Assembly (NCBI GenBank): GCA_965208325.1
Contig: OZ242326.1
Location: 3,136,001-3,200,000 of the forward strand
Direction of reading: 5' to 3'
Source: Candidatus Poribacteria bacterium
Lineage (GTDB): Bacteria > Poribacteria > WGA-4E > PCPOR2b
DNA: 64,000 bases
Of the stretch, positions 20,221 through 30,047 are shown one piece after another. Within the stretch, counting starts at the first letter, position 1, and each line of letters opens with the position of its first letter. Position numbers and translations under genes: made by a program. The notes under the pieces are model-generated. The model made no database searches and was not told the DNA's origin. It saw only the letters and a program-made list of their open reading frames with translations.

Positions 20221-20570
20221 CGAATCTCTCCTGCGTTATCGCTACGTTAATTTCCGTTTTTTCTGCGACGATACCGCCACAGAATCATGGTATGGGTCGT
20301 ATCTTTGCGAAAGCCTATGGGCGACAATTACCACGGCGCCGTCAAATTACTTCTAACAACCTACGCCAATTTTTGAATTACGCATTCTCGCATCGTGCAC
20401 CGTGTCAAAGCGGTTGAGGGCGTTTGCCGGGGTTGGCCACCGTGACACCCTTCAACTAATGCGATGCACCTAGTTTAACAAATCCCAATCCGTACTGTCA
20501 ACGGTTCAGTTCTCATCGGAATTCTTAATAAATAGGACGGGACGGATTTGGCATTTTAGTAAGGTTTTAA

Positions 20571-20751
20571 AAGAGTTGGGTTACGCTCTGCAAATTATTC
20601 CGAGGTCACGGTAATGGAATTGGGACGATGTTCGTTAGCAGTAGCGTTATGGCTATTACCCGCTCAACCCAACCTACAAAATCTTCATTACAAATGCGGG
20701 GCAAGATGCCCCGCCTACAGGTAGTGTAGGGTCTAGCTCCCCCTTGTCAAG
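20571..20751 (+). repeat. Right copy of composite direct repeat flanking the island
   Basis: Same block order as 1001-1222. Contains the palindrome GCGGGGCAAGATGCCCCGC followed by CTAC. Confidence 0.85.
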
Positions 20752-20927
20752 CTTACTATTACCCACATCCTAATAACGGTGCTAGAATTAGCGCTCAACC
20801 CAACCGATAAGAATTATTAAAACTATCGCCTTCCCTAATCGGTCAGTTGATCCTCCTAAGTAAGGAGGGGGATTGTTAGAGAAGACTAACGTGCTCCTTA
20901 TTCAGTCGGTTGAACGCGCCACGCAAC

Positions 20928-21479
20928 CTACAAAAATTTGCGCGAACGGAAGGTGGTTTCGCCGAACAGGGAGAGTTGGCCGCCGGTCAGACGATTGATG
21001 ATTTTAGCTTGGGACTGGGGTGTGTCGTTTTCGTCAATGTGGATCACCGGTATCTCGCCGTCAGTTAGGGTTGCGCCAATCAGCTTGCTGCGGTGGCATT
21101 TCTCCGGTTTTTTCTCGCTGCACATGACGGCAATGCGTTGTTGTTGAGAAAAAGCGGTTTTGAGGCGGTCGATTCCATCGGCGTAAAATTGCGTGGCTTT
21201 TACCATCTCGTAATCCACAACCCCGTTCACGTAACAGCTTTCATCGTCTGGATGTCCACCGAGCGTATCGCCCATGAACATATAGCGTATATTGTGTTGT
21301 TGCAATGCCTCCGCCAGCTCAGCTTTGGAAAACTCCGGTTTGTAGCGCGAATAAGGCGTCGAACGTACATCAACGAGGTATTCAATTTCATACCGCTGTA
21401 ATACCTCGACAAAGTGTTCAATGGAACGGCTTCCGTAACCGATGGTGTAAATCGGAATAGTCATGACTTTCAGGCGCAA
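20928..21479 (-). CDS. DUF488 domain protein
   Basis: IYTIGYG, LVDVRS.PYSR..P.F, LGG, MCSE..P..CHR motifs. Confidence 0.9.
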   Translation of the reverse strand: MRLKVMTIPIYTIGYGSRSIEHFVEVLQRYEIEYLVDVRSTPYSRYKPEFSKAELAEALQQHNIRYMFMGDTLGGHPDDESCYVNGVVDYEMVKATQFYADGIDRLKTAFSQQQRIAVMCSEKKPEKCHRSKLIGATLTDGEIPVIHIDENDTPQSQAKIINRLTGGQLSLFGETTFRSRKFL

Positions 21480-21834
21480 TTAAATGGTTATACGATTAGT
21501 CTAATGCCGCATCGTTAGGGGATGTCGATAATATAGCCATTTTAGCAGAACGCCATAGTTGTATCAACCCATTTCCAGCTTTTCACCTGTATGGATGAAT
21601 TTACATGTTACTTAGCACATAGGCAGTTGAACGCTCAAGGCATAGTAGCAGCCACACGCCGTGTGCCGTAATTTGCAGGGATTGCCCTGATAATAGATGG
21701 CGGCATGGTGAGGAGGGATACGGCTTACGGAGAATACCTACTACCATTGAATCCCGTTGACTGCACTCTGTATACCTGATATAATAATCGGGGTATGTGG
21801 GCGCAGTGTAAACACAACAACACGGAGGGGTTGG

Positions 21835-23640
21835 ATGATGGAAAATACCACAATCAATGAGCGGCTGCAAAATTCGATTAACCAACACGGATCAAAGGCG
21901 GCGCTGTCCAGCAAGGTGGATGGGGCGTATCAGGATATCTCCTACGATGAACTTGGGGATCGGGTGAAGCGTCTTTGTTTGGGTTTAATCGAGCTTGGGG
22001 TGCAAAAGGGCGATCGGGTTGCCCTGCTGTCGGAAAATCGTCCAGAGTGGGCAATCACCGATCTCGCCATTCTTGCCGCAGGCGGAGTCAACGTCCCAAT
22101 GTTCTCAACACTGACGCCTCCTCAAGTTGAGCACATCGTGAGGGATTCCGGGGCAAAGATAATCTGTGTTTCCAGTGAAAAACAGTTGCAAAAAGTGGAG
22201 GCTTTCAGAGCGGACATTGACGGCCTCCAACACGTCATCATCTTCGATGCAATAGACTCGGAAAATAGTGGCGGCGTGCTCACATTTAATCAGGTCTGCG
22301 ATTTAGGCGAGAAGGCGGAGGACGGCGATCTGGTTTACCAAAAAGCACGCGGCGCTGTCACGCCTGACGACCTCGCCACCATTATCTATACCTCCGGCAC
22401 AACGGGGCAGCCCAAAGGCGCAATGTTGACTCACAACAATTTCATGTTTAACGTACAGGCGTGTTTCGAGATTGTCGGTTTTGCCGATGAAGACGTATTC
22501 TTGTCTTTTCTTCCATTGGCGCACGTATTCGAGCGGATGGGCGGGCATTATCTGCCGCTGAGTTGCGGCGCGACTGTTGCGTATGCTGAAAGTCCGTTCA
22601 CGGTTGCGCAGAATATGAAGGAAGTTCGTCCCACCATTATGATGAGTGTGCCTCGCCTCTATGAAATGATGCATGAGAAAATTATCCGCTCGGTTCAAGA
22701 GGGGTCATCTTTAAAACAGAAGATTTTCTATTGGAGCGTGGGGGTCGGTGAAAAAGTAAGCCAAGCAATTCAGCAACAGAAAAATACTTCTCCGATTTTG
22801 GGATTAAAGTATGGTCTCGCAAACAAGCTGGTGTTCAATAAACTTCAGAGTGCAACGGGCGGGCGGTTGCGCTTCTTTGTCTCTGGCGGCGCCCCGCTGT
22901 CCAAAACCATTGCGGAATTCTTCCATGCCGCCGGCATCCTGATTCTTGAAGGCTACGGGCTGACGGAGACTTCGCCCGTGATTAGTGTAAACCGCCCGGA
23001 TCAGTGGCGATTCGGCACTGTGGGGACGCAGATTGAGGGAATTGAAGTCAAAATTGCGGAAGATGGAGAGATTCTGTCGCGCGGGCCGCACATCATGCAG
23101 GGTTATTTCAACAAGCCGGAAGAGACGGCTGAGTCTATCGACACCGATGGGTGGTTTCACACAGGCGACATCGGCGAAATGGATGCGGACGGGTTTCTGA
23201 GTATCACCGATCGGAAGAAAAATATCATCGTGCTTTCTAACGGGAAAAACGTCGCACCGCAGCCGATTGAGAATCAACTCATTCAAAGCCGATACATCAA
23301 TCAGGTGATGCTCCTAGGCGATCAACGGAAAAGCATCTCTGCACTTATCGTGCCGAATTTCGATGCGCTCAAAGCGTTTGCCGAGGAGATAGAACTGGAA
23401 GCCCAGGAAGCGGCGGAATTGATCGAGACAAAAGAAATCCGCCAACTCATCCGTAAGGAAATTGAGCAGCTCTCAACAGCGTTAGCCGACTTTGAACGCG
23501 TAAAGATGTTCACGTTGTTAGATAGAGAGTTTACCCAAGAGGCTGATGAGATGACGCCGACACTGAAACTCAAGCGCAAAGTCATACTTGAAAAATACGG
23601 AGATAAAATTGAGAAAATGTACGGCGGAGAGAGCGTTTGA
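21835..23640 (+). CDS. Long-chain fatty acid-CoA ligase (AMP-forming)
   Basis: IIYTSGTTGQPKG, EGYGLTE, GWFHTGDIG motifs; GGAGG RBS places the start at 21835/21838. Confidence 0.92.
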   Translation: MMENTTINERLQNSINQHGSKAALSSKVDGAYQDISYDELGDRVKRLCLGLIELGVQKGDRVALLSENRPEWAITDLAILAAGGVNVPMFSTLTPPQVEHIVRDSGAKIICVSSEKQLQKVEAFRADIDGLQHVIIFDAIDSENSGGVLTFNQVCDLGEKAEDGDLVYQKARGAVTPDDLATIIYTSGTTGQPKGAMLTHNNFMFNVQACFEIVGFADEDVFLSFLPLAHVFERMGGHYLPLSCGATVAYAESPFTVAQNMKEVRPTIMMSVPRLYEMMHEKIIRSVQEGSSLKQKIFYWSVGVGEKVSQAIQQQKNTSPILGLKYGLANKLVFNKLQSATGGRLRFFVSGGAPLSKTIAEFFHAAGILILEGYGLTETSPVISVNRPDQWRFGTVGTQIEGIEVKIAEDGEILSRGPHIMQGYFNKPEETAESIDTDGWFHTGDIGEMDADGFLSITDRKKNIIVLSNGKNVAPQPIENQLIQSRYINQVMLLGDQRKSISALIVPNFDALKAFAEEIELEAQEAAELIETKEIRQLIRKEIEQLSTALADFERVKMFTLLDREFTQEADEMTPTLKLKRKVILEKYGDKIEKMYGGESV

Positions 23641-23941
23641 AAATTCGCCGAATAAGATTTTTGAAATGAATACACGTAAACATCAATTTTTTAGGGCAAC
23701 TATTTTCAAATGGACTCTCACATGTCGTGCGCTTCTTGCCAGCATCATTAAGCAGAGGCCAGAAAAGTTAATTGCGAGCCTGACTCGATTAATATTGTAC
23801 TGCTGCTCGCGCTGCGCTCTCAATTTCCAGACCGTTTGAATCTATTTCAGGCACTGTAGTAAACTCGTTGCGGCTTAGAAGAAGACCATTCATAATTTAT
23901 CGGCTATAACTAAAATCTCTTGAGTAAGGTTAATAGTTCGA

Positions 23942-24619
23942 ATGGCGGTGAACACGATGCAGTACGACAAAAACAAATTCAAAATATATGCGCTGCCGCA
24001 CCCCGCTGTCTTATTAATCTGGATACTGAACCCATTTGTGATGTTCAACGAACTGATTTTGGGCCTACGACTCCCCAAAGTCACATTGGTTGACAAAGAA
24101 AGCAATAAACCTTTGCCGGAACGTACTTACTATCCCTGCCCGCACTGTGCAGTTCTAAATGACACGCGTTGTTGGGCAAGGAGGAATGCCCTTGGTCATT
24201 GGTTTGGCTATATTTGTCCAAATTGCCATCAAATAATTCCCTGCCTATGGAGCGTTTTTAGCCTTGTCATCTTGGCGATTACTTTCCCACTGTGGTATTT
24301 CCCCGCACGATTGGTCCGCCAAAGATGGATTGAGAAAGAAAAAGAAAGATTGGCCGCTGTCCTTAAACGTCCCTTAGTTCAAGTAAAGACCATACATTGG
24401 CTTCTTATCGGAACGTTCATTTGGGGTGTATTCATGTGGATATTTGTGGAGTTTCTGCCGCAGATGAGGCAGGTTTTGAATGGAAAAGAATGGGATTTGA
24501 CAATAATGCTAGTAACGTTGCCAATTTGGTTGTCGGCTGGCTGCGCTTGGGGCTTGTTTATGGGTTTTTGGATGAATAGAAGGGGCAAAAAAGCAAAAGG
24601 AAATTCACCTGTAAAGTGA
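23942..24619 (+). CDS. Hypothetical membrane protein with two CxxC pairs
   Basis: CPHC and CPNC plus several hydrophobic helices. Confidence 0.65.
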   Translation: MAVNTMQYDKNKFKIYALPHPAVLLIWILNPFVMFNELILGLRLPKVTLVDKESNKPLPERTYYPCPHCAVLNDTRCWARRNALGHWFGYICPNCHQIIPCLWSVFSLVILAITFPLWYFPARLVRQRWIEKEKERLAAVLKRPLVQVKTIHWLLIGTFIWGVFMWIFVEFLPQMRQVLNGKEWDLTIMLVTLPIWLSAGCAWGLFMGFWMNRRGKKAKGNSPVK

Positions 24620-24789
24620 ACCGTATGGCTTAGAGCATGTTTTCAATGTAGATAGGAAAAACCGGTTTTTTGTCATTATGACGGTCGAAATCATTGCATT
24701 TTCAAGACATTTACTTCAAGATAGTTTCTCTCGAAGGCAGATTCGGACTGTTCAAAAGTTCAAGAGATGTTTAAGTATGAGAGGAGACG

Positions 24790-25752
24790 ATGCCAACAGG
24801 CCGCATTAAATATTTCAACCGGGACAAAGGCTTCGGATTTATCGCCCAAGACAACGGCGAAGCTGATGTTTTTTTGCACGTCTCTGCCATTAACTGGGCG
24901 GACGACGAGCTAGGCGCAGGGCAACGGGTCAAATACGAAATTACCGAGGGCAAGCGGGGGCTAGTGGCGCGAAACGTTGAGGTCCTGCTTACACAACTTG
25001 AGCAAAAGTGGCTGCGTCAAGGCAAGGCGATTATTCCGCGAGACTACCCAAGATTCGCTTCACGCGAACAAAGCGAAGCCTCCGATGGAGACAATCCGGT
25101 ATCGTTTCAAGAACCGATTCGACCAGCGTCAGTTGCATCGTCTAGTGCGCAGAAATCTGAACAATCTGGTGAACTACCACCTTCGGGGCCGGACGATGAA
25201 GCAGATGCGCTGAATCAGAATTTAGTCGCATCCGATGCTCGGACCGATTCTAGGTCCGACAAACCTGAACGCGTCTCGTTTGGCACTTTATACATGCAAA
25301 AGCAAATCCGGCTCCAAACATCAATGGTTTTTGGGTTGTACAATCACGAGCAGTGCCCTTTGACAATTAGTGAATTCACGCAATCCACGTTTACGTTGCA
25401 AGGAGAAGAAGAAAGCCGGGAAATCCCGATGACGGACGTTAAATATTGTTATAAAGCTGAAGACGCGGATGCTATGTATGCGCTCATGCATTACGATGAG
25501 GAAATTAAATCGCAAAAGTTAAAGCCGATTGACGCTCAGGCGGAATGCTACCAAATCGACACACGGGAAATTCAGCTTGCGCGCAAGGAGGAATACCCCA
25601 TTGAAGTAATTATGCGCGAGGGAGAAATTTTTCGGGGTTTGGTGGATTGGGTCAGCCCATTCGAAATTAAGATAGTTTTGGAAAACGGATCTAAAGTTGT
25701 TGTTTTCAGGCATGCCGTCTGCAAGTTTCAGGCAATTCCGTCCGAAAAATGA
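24790..25752 (+). CDS. Cold-shock domain protein fused to C-terminal Hfq/Sm-like domain(s)
   Basis: RNP1 KGFGFI and RNP2 VFLHV at the N-terminus, then an acidic S/P linker. The C-terminal LARKEEYPIEVIMREGEIFRGLVDWVSPFEI...VFRHAV resembles Hfq Sm1/Sm2 (YKHAI). GAGGAG RBS. Confidence 0.8.
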   Translation: MPTGRIKYFNRDKGFGFIAQDNGEADVFLHVSAINWADDELGAGQRVKYEITEGKRGLVARNVEVLLTQLEQKWLRQGKAIIPRDYPRFASREQSEASDGDNPVSFQEPIRPASVASSSAQKSEQSGELPPSGPDDEADALNQNLVASDARTDSRSDKPERVSFGTLYMQKQIRLQTSMVFGLYNHEQCPLTISEFTQSTFTLQGEEESREIPMTDVKYCYKAEDADAMYALMHYDEEIKSQKLKPIDAQAECYQIDTREIQLARKEEYPIEVIMREGEIFRGLVDWVSPFEIKIVLENGSKVVVFRHAVCKFQAIPSEK

Positions 25753-25761
25753 ACGAGGGAT

Positions 25762-25966
25762 TAGGGCGTGTTGACATTTGGCATCCCTTAGGTTGAATTG
25801 AACGGTTAATCGGCGGTCCCTATCTAGTACAAAGGAATCTATTGTAACACAATCTGTTAGATTGTGATCCGAGCCCGCAAACTAACAGTTTGCGCTACTT
25901 ATATCAGATTATCCAATGGTGACAACGTTTGCCGAATCAGTAGCCTCAAAATGTCAACAGAACGTA
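25762..25966. mobile_element. MITE-like element with an internal REP-like doublet
   Basis: Ends TAGGGCGTGTTGACATTT ... AAATGTCAACAGAACGTA (TGTTGACATTT inverted, TA flanks). Internal palindromes CACAATCTGTTAGATTGTG and CGCAAACTAACAGTTTGCG followed by CTAC. Confidence 0.55.
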
Positions 25967-25991
25967 GAGTTTCACTGAACATCTAGAGATT

Positions 25992-26633
25992 ATGCGACCG
26001 ATAGAGATTCAGAAGGATAACGAAGACGCCAGCTCAAACTTGGTAGTGAAACAGTATCGGCATCTAATGGAAGAGGTGCATCTTGAGACTCAGCGTTTGT
26101 ACGAAGCGCGAGGCAACTTCCCGTGTCCTTCCACCTGTTATGATTGCTGCCGCAACACGGCGACGATGTTAATCAGTGAAATAGAAGGGCAAGACCTCAA
26201 GGTAGGACTTAAAAAACACCCTCCAGAGATACAGGAGCATATCCGCAAAAAAGCCGAGCGCTCCGTTCGAAAGCTTGAGCAAATCGGATTTTCCCATGAA
26301 CGGATGACGAGGGACGCTGGCATGGAATCGGTCGAAGTGTTGAAAGGGAAACCGGAGGCGGAATGCCCGATGCTTATTGGGGGAGTCTGTTCGGTTTACG
26401 AACATCGTCCATTGATTTGCCGGGTGTGGGGATATCCAATCGACAATGGGCGTGAATTGGCGTGTTGCCGCAAGACATTTATCGGTCAACGCCGACTTTA
26501 TAAACCCATTGATTACGCGCGTTACTGGGACACGTGCCGAGATTTAAGCGAAAAGATTGGAGCGGAAGAGAAAACACCTAATGCTTATCTTGTGGTTCGG
26601 TTGCTCTCTGAAGAAGGGGTGACAGAAGGGTGA
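25992..26633 (+). CDS. YkgJ family cysteine cluster (CxxCxxCC) protein
   Basis: CPSTCYDCC and CPML..VCSVYEHRPLICR motifs. Confidence 0.85.
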   Translation: MRPIEIQKDNEDASSNLVVKQYRHLMEEVHLETQRLYEARGNFPCPSTCYDCCRNTATMLISEIEGQDLKVGLKKHPPEIQEHIRKKAERSVRKLEQIGFSHERMTRDAGMESVEVLKGKPEAECPMLIGGVCSVYEHRPLICRVWGYPIDNGRELACCRKTFIGQRRLYKPIDYARYWDTCRDLSEKIGAEEKTPNAYLVVRLLSEEGVTEG

Positions 26634-26668
26634 GCAGGCGTGTAGCTTTAGGTACCTGCGGATTTGTA

Positions 26669-26989
26669 TTATGACGGTGGATTGGCGGGGGTTGTGTTAA
26701 GAGATCGCAGCAATTCAAAGGGATAAATGCCCGTTTTGTGTCCGTCGTTCCAAGTCAAGCGGATTGCATACCTGCCAACGGGTTGGATATTAACGACTTT
26801 AAGATTCTCAAATAAATCTTCGGAAGGCAACACCCGCAGCGGGTTTTCATTCTCTCGGACTGCTTTACAGCGGGCGCACGGGCACTTTTGCCGCAGCAAC
26901 TTATGGGAATGCTCGCTGAGATGGCCGTCGCTCCATTGTATGGTTATGCCGTCTAAAAAACGCTTTATTTGGGTTGGCTTATATATCAT
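26669..26989 (-). CDS. DUF971 (GBBH-N-like) protein
   Basis: IQWSDGH, LRQKCPCARC, VGRYAI...WNDGH.TGIY...LR motifs. Confidence 0.9.
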   Translation of the reverse strand: MIYKPTQIKRFLDGITIQWSDGHLSEHSHKLLRQKCPCARCKAVRENENPLRVLPSEDLFENLKVVNIQPVGRYAIRLTWNDGHKTGIYPFELLRSLNTTPANPPS

Positions 26990-27100
26990 GGTTTACACCA
27001 TTTTATGATATGCGGCACAATAACTTCAGAAACGGGTGTTATCCCAGTCCTGAAGTCATCAAAAGCTGAAATCCCAACCCGTCTGAAATTTTGTGAGCAA

Positions 27101-27364
27101 CTATTGCGATTGGAAATAATCCGCGTTGATTTGGGTGAAGTGTTCCCATTCTTCCGGAACATCTTCGTCCATGAAGATTGCTTCGACCGGACATTCTGGT
27201 TCACATACACCGCAATCAATACATTCTTCCGGATCGATAAAAAGCTGCTTGGCGTTTTCAAAGTCCTCTGACTGTGATGTAGGATGAATGCAGTCAACAG
27301 GGCATACGTCCACGCAGGCGGTGTCCTTGACATCAATGCACGGTTCGGTGATGACGTATGTCAT
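27101..27364 (-). CDS. 7Fe-type ferredoxin, copy 3 (CIDCGVCEPECP)
   Basis: [26 protein letters not shown]...[17 protein letters not shown], FdxA-like; AAGGAGG RBS. Confidence 0.95.
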   Translation of the reverse strand: MTYVITEPCIDVKDTACVDVCPVDCIHPTSQSEDFENAKQLFIDPEECIDCGVCEPECPVEAIFMDEDVPEEWEHFTQINADYFQSQ

Positions 27365-27503
27365 AGATGATAAATCCTCCTTGTGAACTGGGTTAATTAT
27401 TTTTTTTCAGAACGTGAGCGTAATAGGGTAATCGTGCTTCTAACTCCACCTCTACTTTTGAGCGTAAATCTGTACCCGTCTGAAATTTTGTGAGCAGCTA
27501 TCG

Positions 27504-27761
27504 CTACTGGAAATAATCCGCGTTGATTTTGGTGAAGTGTTCCCATTCTTCCGGAACATCTTCGTCCATGAAGATAGCTTCGACTGGACATTCCGGCTCA
27601 CATACAGCGCAATCAATACACTCTTCGGGATCGATATAAAGCTGCTTAACGTTTTCGAAGTCCTCTTCCTGAGATGTAGGGTGAATGCAGTCAACAGGGC
27701 ATACGTCCACGCAGGCGGTGTCCTTGACATCAATGCACGGTTCGGTGATGACGTAAGTCAT
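27504..27761 (-). CDS. 7Fe-type ferredoxin, copy 2 (CIDCAVCEPECP)
   Basis: Same motifs as the other copies; AAGGAGG RBS. Confidence 0.95.
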   Translation of the reverse strand: MTYVITEPCIDVKDTACVDVCPVDCIHPTSQEEDFENVKQLYIDPEECIDCAVCEPECPVEAIFMDEDVPEEWEHFTKINADYFQ

Positions 27762-27899
27762 AAATGATAATCCTCCTTGTTAACTGAATTGATGATTTTT
27801 CTTCAGACCGTGAGTGCGATAGGATAATTGTGCTTCTAACTCCACCTCTACTTTTGAGCGTAAATCTGTACCCATCTGAATTTTTGCGAGCAGCTATCA

Positions 27900-28163
27900 C
27901 TACTGGAAATAATCCGCGTTGATTTGGGTGAAGTGTGCCCATTTTTCCGGGACATCTTCGTCCATGAAGATTGCTTCGACGGGACATTCCGGTTCACACA
28001 CATTGCAATCAATACATTCTTCGGGATCGATATAAAGCTGCTTGACGTTTTCAAAGTCCTCTGCCTGAGATGTCGGGTGTGGGTAAATGCAGTCAACAGG
28101 GCATACGTCCACGCAAGCGGTGTCCTTGACATCAATGCACGGCTCAGTGATGACGTAAGTCAT
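27900..28163 (-). CDS. 7Fe-type ferredoxin, copy 1 ([12 protein letters not shown], 2-aa insertion)
   Basis: Same motifs, with CIYPHPTS in place of CIHPTS; AAGGAGG RBS. Confidence 0.95.
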   Translation of the reverse strand: MTYVITEPCIDVKDTACVDVCPVDCIYPHPTSQAEDFENVKQLYIDPEECIDCNVCEPECPVEAIFMDEDVPEKWAHFTQINADYFQ

Positions 28164-28591
28164 AAATGATTATCCTCCTTGTTAACTGAATTGATGATTT
28201 TTCTTCAGACCGTTTGGGCGAAGAGATTATCGTCCTTCTGTATCTCCTCTTCATCTTCATCGCAAATCAGTAAGTTTGTTTTCTATCGATCTCACCAAAC
28301 AAAATAAGCATATCACATCAAATTGGCTTTGTCAAATGGATTCACGCTGTTTCGATTCTGCACAAAACTTACTAACATGTTGGTTACGTTGAACATAGTC
28401 GTTTATTAATGCCTTGCCTTACACTATTGGAATCAAGCGCTTTCACGACAGAGACATGTAGGGTTGGTGGCTGTAAATTCAGTTCATATACGTTATCGGG
28501 TAGTTCTGGGTTTTTTGTATTTGGTTTCCCTCGGGAAAAAGATGGCCCCGACCACTTCGGACAATAACCTTCTTAACATTAACACTTAACA

Positions 28592-29371
28592 ATGACCCGT
28601 GAAGAAGCACTTCGCATTTTAGGATTAAAGCCGAATGCCACACTTAAACAGGCGAAACGCGCATGGCGTCGGATGGTAAAAATCACACATCCCGATAAAA
28701 ATTCGTCTCCCGATGCCGCCGAACGGTTTCAGATGGTAGAGACGGCGTACAAAATAATTGTTGAGACCGAACATCGTTCCCAATGGGAACGCGAACAACA
28801 AGTACAGCAGGAAAGCGAGCGGCAGCGTGAGACACAACAACACCATAGCGAACAACGCGCCAATGAGGAACAGGTACGGCAGGAAGGTGTACACGAAGAC
28901 GAGACACAAGACGGGGAGGTAGATGGTTGGATAAACGTTTGGACTGTTTGCGTGTTCGTCGGAGCCATCGCATACATGGTTATGCTCTTCATCGTACAAC
29001 AATATGACTCCATGGAAGCCATCGGCGACTTTATGGGTGATTACATGTATTGGGTGATACTGATCGGCGCATTCATACTGGCCCCCCTCGGTCGTGTTCC
29101 GTGGTTATGGAAAACATCAAAATACAATAGCTCTGGCTTTATCTTGAGGGTAGTAGACACAGTGTTCGGATTTTTTCGATCAGCGCTACCGATAGGTCTT
29201 ACATTTTTAATCTTCTCGTATTTTTCGGGATGTAGTATCGGGATTATCCTCTTTGACGGCTCTTCCAACGCGACTAGTATTGCCGGTGTTCTTATGCGAG
29301 TATTTTTTTTAATCTTCGCGGGTATAGTGATAGCCGGCTTATTCGTGGGTGATGAGAAAAATAGTGGGTGA
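28592..29371 (+). CDS. J-domain (DnaJ-like) membrane protein
   Basis: N-terminal J domain with HPD (THPDKN), Q/E-rich linker, several C-terminal TMs. Confidence 0.85.
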   Translation: MTREEALRILGLKPNATLKQAKRAWRRMVKITHPDKNSSPDAAERFQMVETAYKIIVETEHRSQWEREQQVQQESERQRETQQHHSEQRANEEQVRQEGVHEDETQDGEVDGWINVWTVCVFVGAIAYMVMLFIVQQYDSMEAIGDFMGDYMYWVILIGAFILAPLGRVPWLWKTSKYNSSGFILRVVDTVFGFFRSALPIGLTFLIFSYFSGCSIGIILFDGSSNATSIAGVLMRVFFLIFAGIVIAGLFVGDEKNSG

Positions 29372-29470
29372 TGAGAAAAGATTGAGGCGAAGACTAAATG
29401 AATGTCCGTTCATGTCCCGACGGGGGATATTGAAGATGGACATAGTTAACGTGTACGGGGGAATATCTAT

Positions 29471-29815
29471 ATGAGAGTGAATGACATGGTTCGACAGATA
29501 GTTCGGGTGCCCGTACTCATTTTTAAAAAGCGTGGTTATTTAGCGCTTTTTCTAATCAATGTCGTACTGGTTGTCGCTATAATAGAAAACCGAGATGCGG
29601 GGTCATTAGGTCAAGCAATCTTGAATGGGTTTCTGAATGTGCTTGAGTCCTTTCTTGCCATAATAGTATTTGTGTTGGTTGTCGCATTTCTTTTAGTCGT
29701 GGGAATTGTCGGTAGAGCTGATAAAGGTGGTGACAAACCACAATCCGGCACGCTCAAAAGCGCCAAAGGTAGTGCATTGAAAAAAAAGGTAGGGTCAAGT
29801 ATAACTAGAAAATGA
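29471..29815 (+). CDS. Small hypothetical membrane protein
   Basis: Two hydrophobic helices and a basic tail. Confidence 0.55.
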   Translation: MRVNDMVRQIVRVPVLIFKKRGYLALFLINVVLVVAIIENRDAGSLGQAILNGFLNVLESFLAIIVFVLVVAFLLVVGIVGRADKGGDKPQSGTLKSAKGSALKKKVGSSITRK

Positions 29816-30047
29816 GCATTGCCTCCTCGCTGCCGAACAGCGCAGCCAGCATAAAAATAAAATTAATACCGTTCACGCCCAAAGAGTACAGAATACCGGG
29901 AGGCGAGAAATATAGCCCGGAGTCATATAATCAGCCGTTGCCGCGGAACCGGACTCGCTCGCCATCGCTGCCGCATTTAACACATCCGATTGTTCGTGGT
30001 AAACTATCGTGCATTGTTACCGAAAATTGACTTTTGTGGGACAGTCG

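Larger units (their letters stand above)
27077..28213. repeat. Tandem triplication of an approximately 400-bp ferredoxin unit
   Basis: Start-codon spacings of 397 and 402 bp. Intergenic DNA and RBS are repeated along with the CDS. Confidence 0.95.

Noticed and set aside
20413..20456. Hairpin GTTGAGGGCGT...ACACCCTTCAAC as a possible ncRNA
   Set aside because: A single imperfect stem with no recognisable RNA family features.
1503..20570. Complete prophage
   Set aside because: Only terminase genes are phage-like. No portal, capsid, tail, lysis, replication or integrase gene was recognised.
27077..28213. Ferredoxin repeats as a diversity-generating retroelement target or assembly error
   Set aside because: No reverse transcriptase is present, the differences are not adenine-specific, and each unit has private substitutions and indels.
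29345..29379. 16-bp direct repeat GTGGGTGATGAGAAAA at the end of the J-domain gene
   Set aside because: Real, but most simply a local micro-duplication that supplies the stop codon; no evidence of function.
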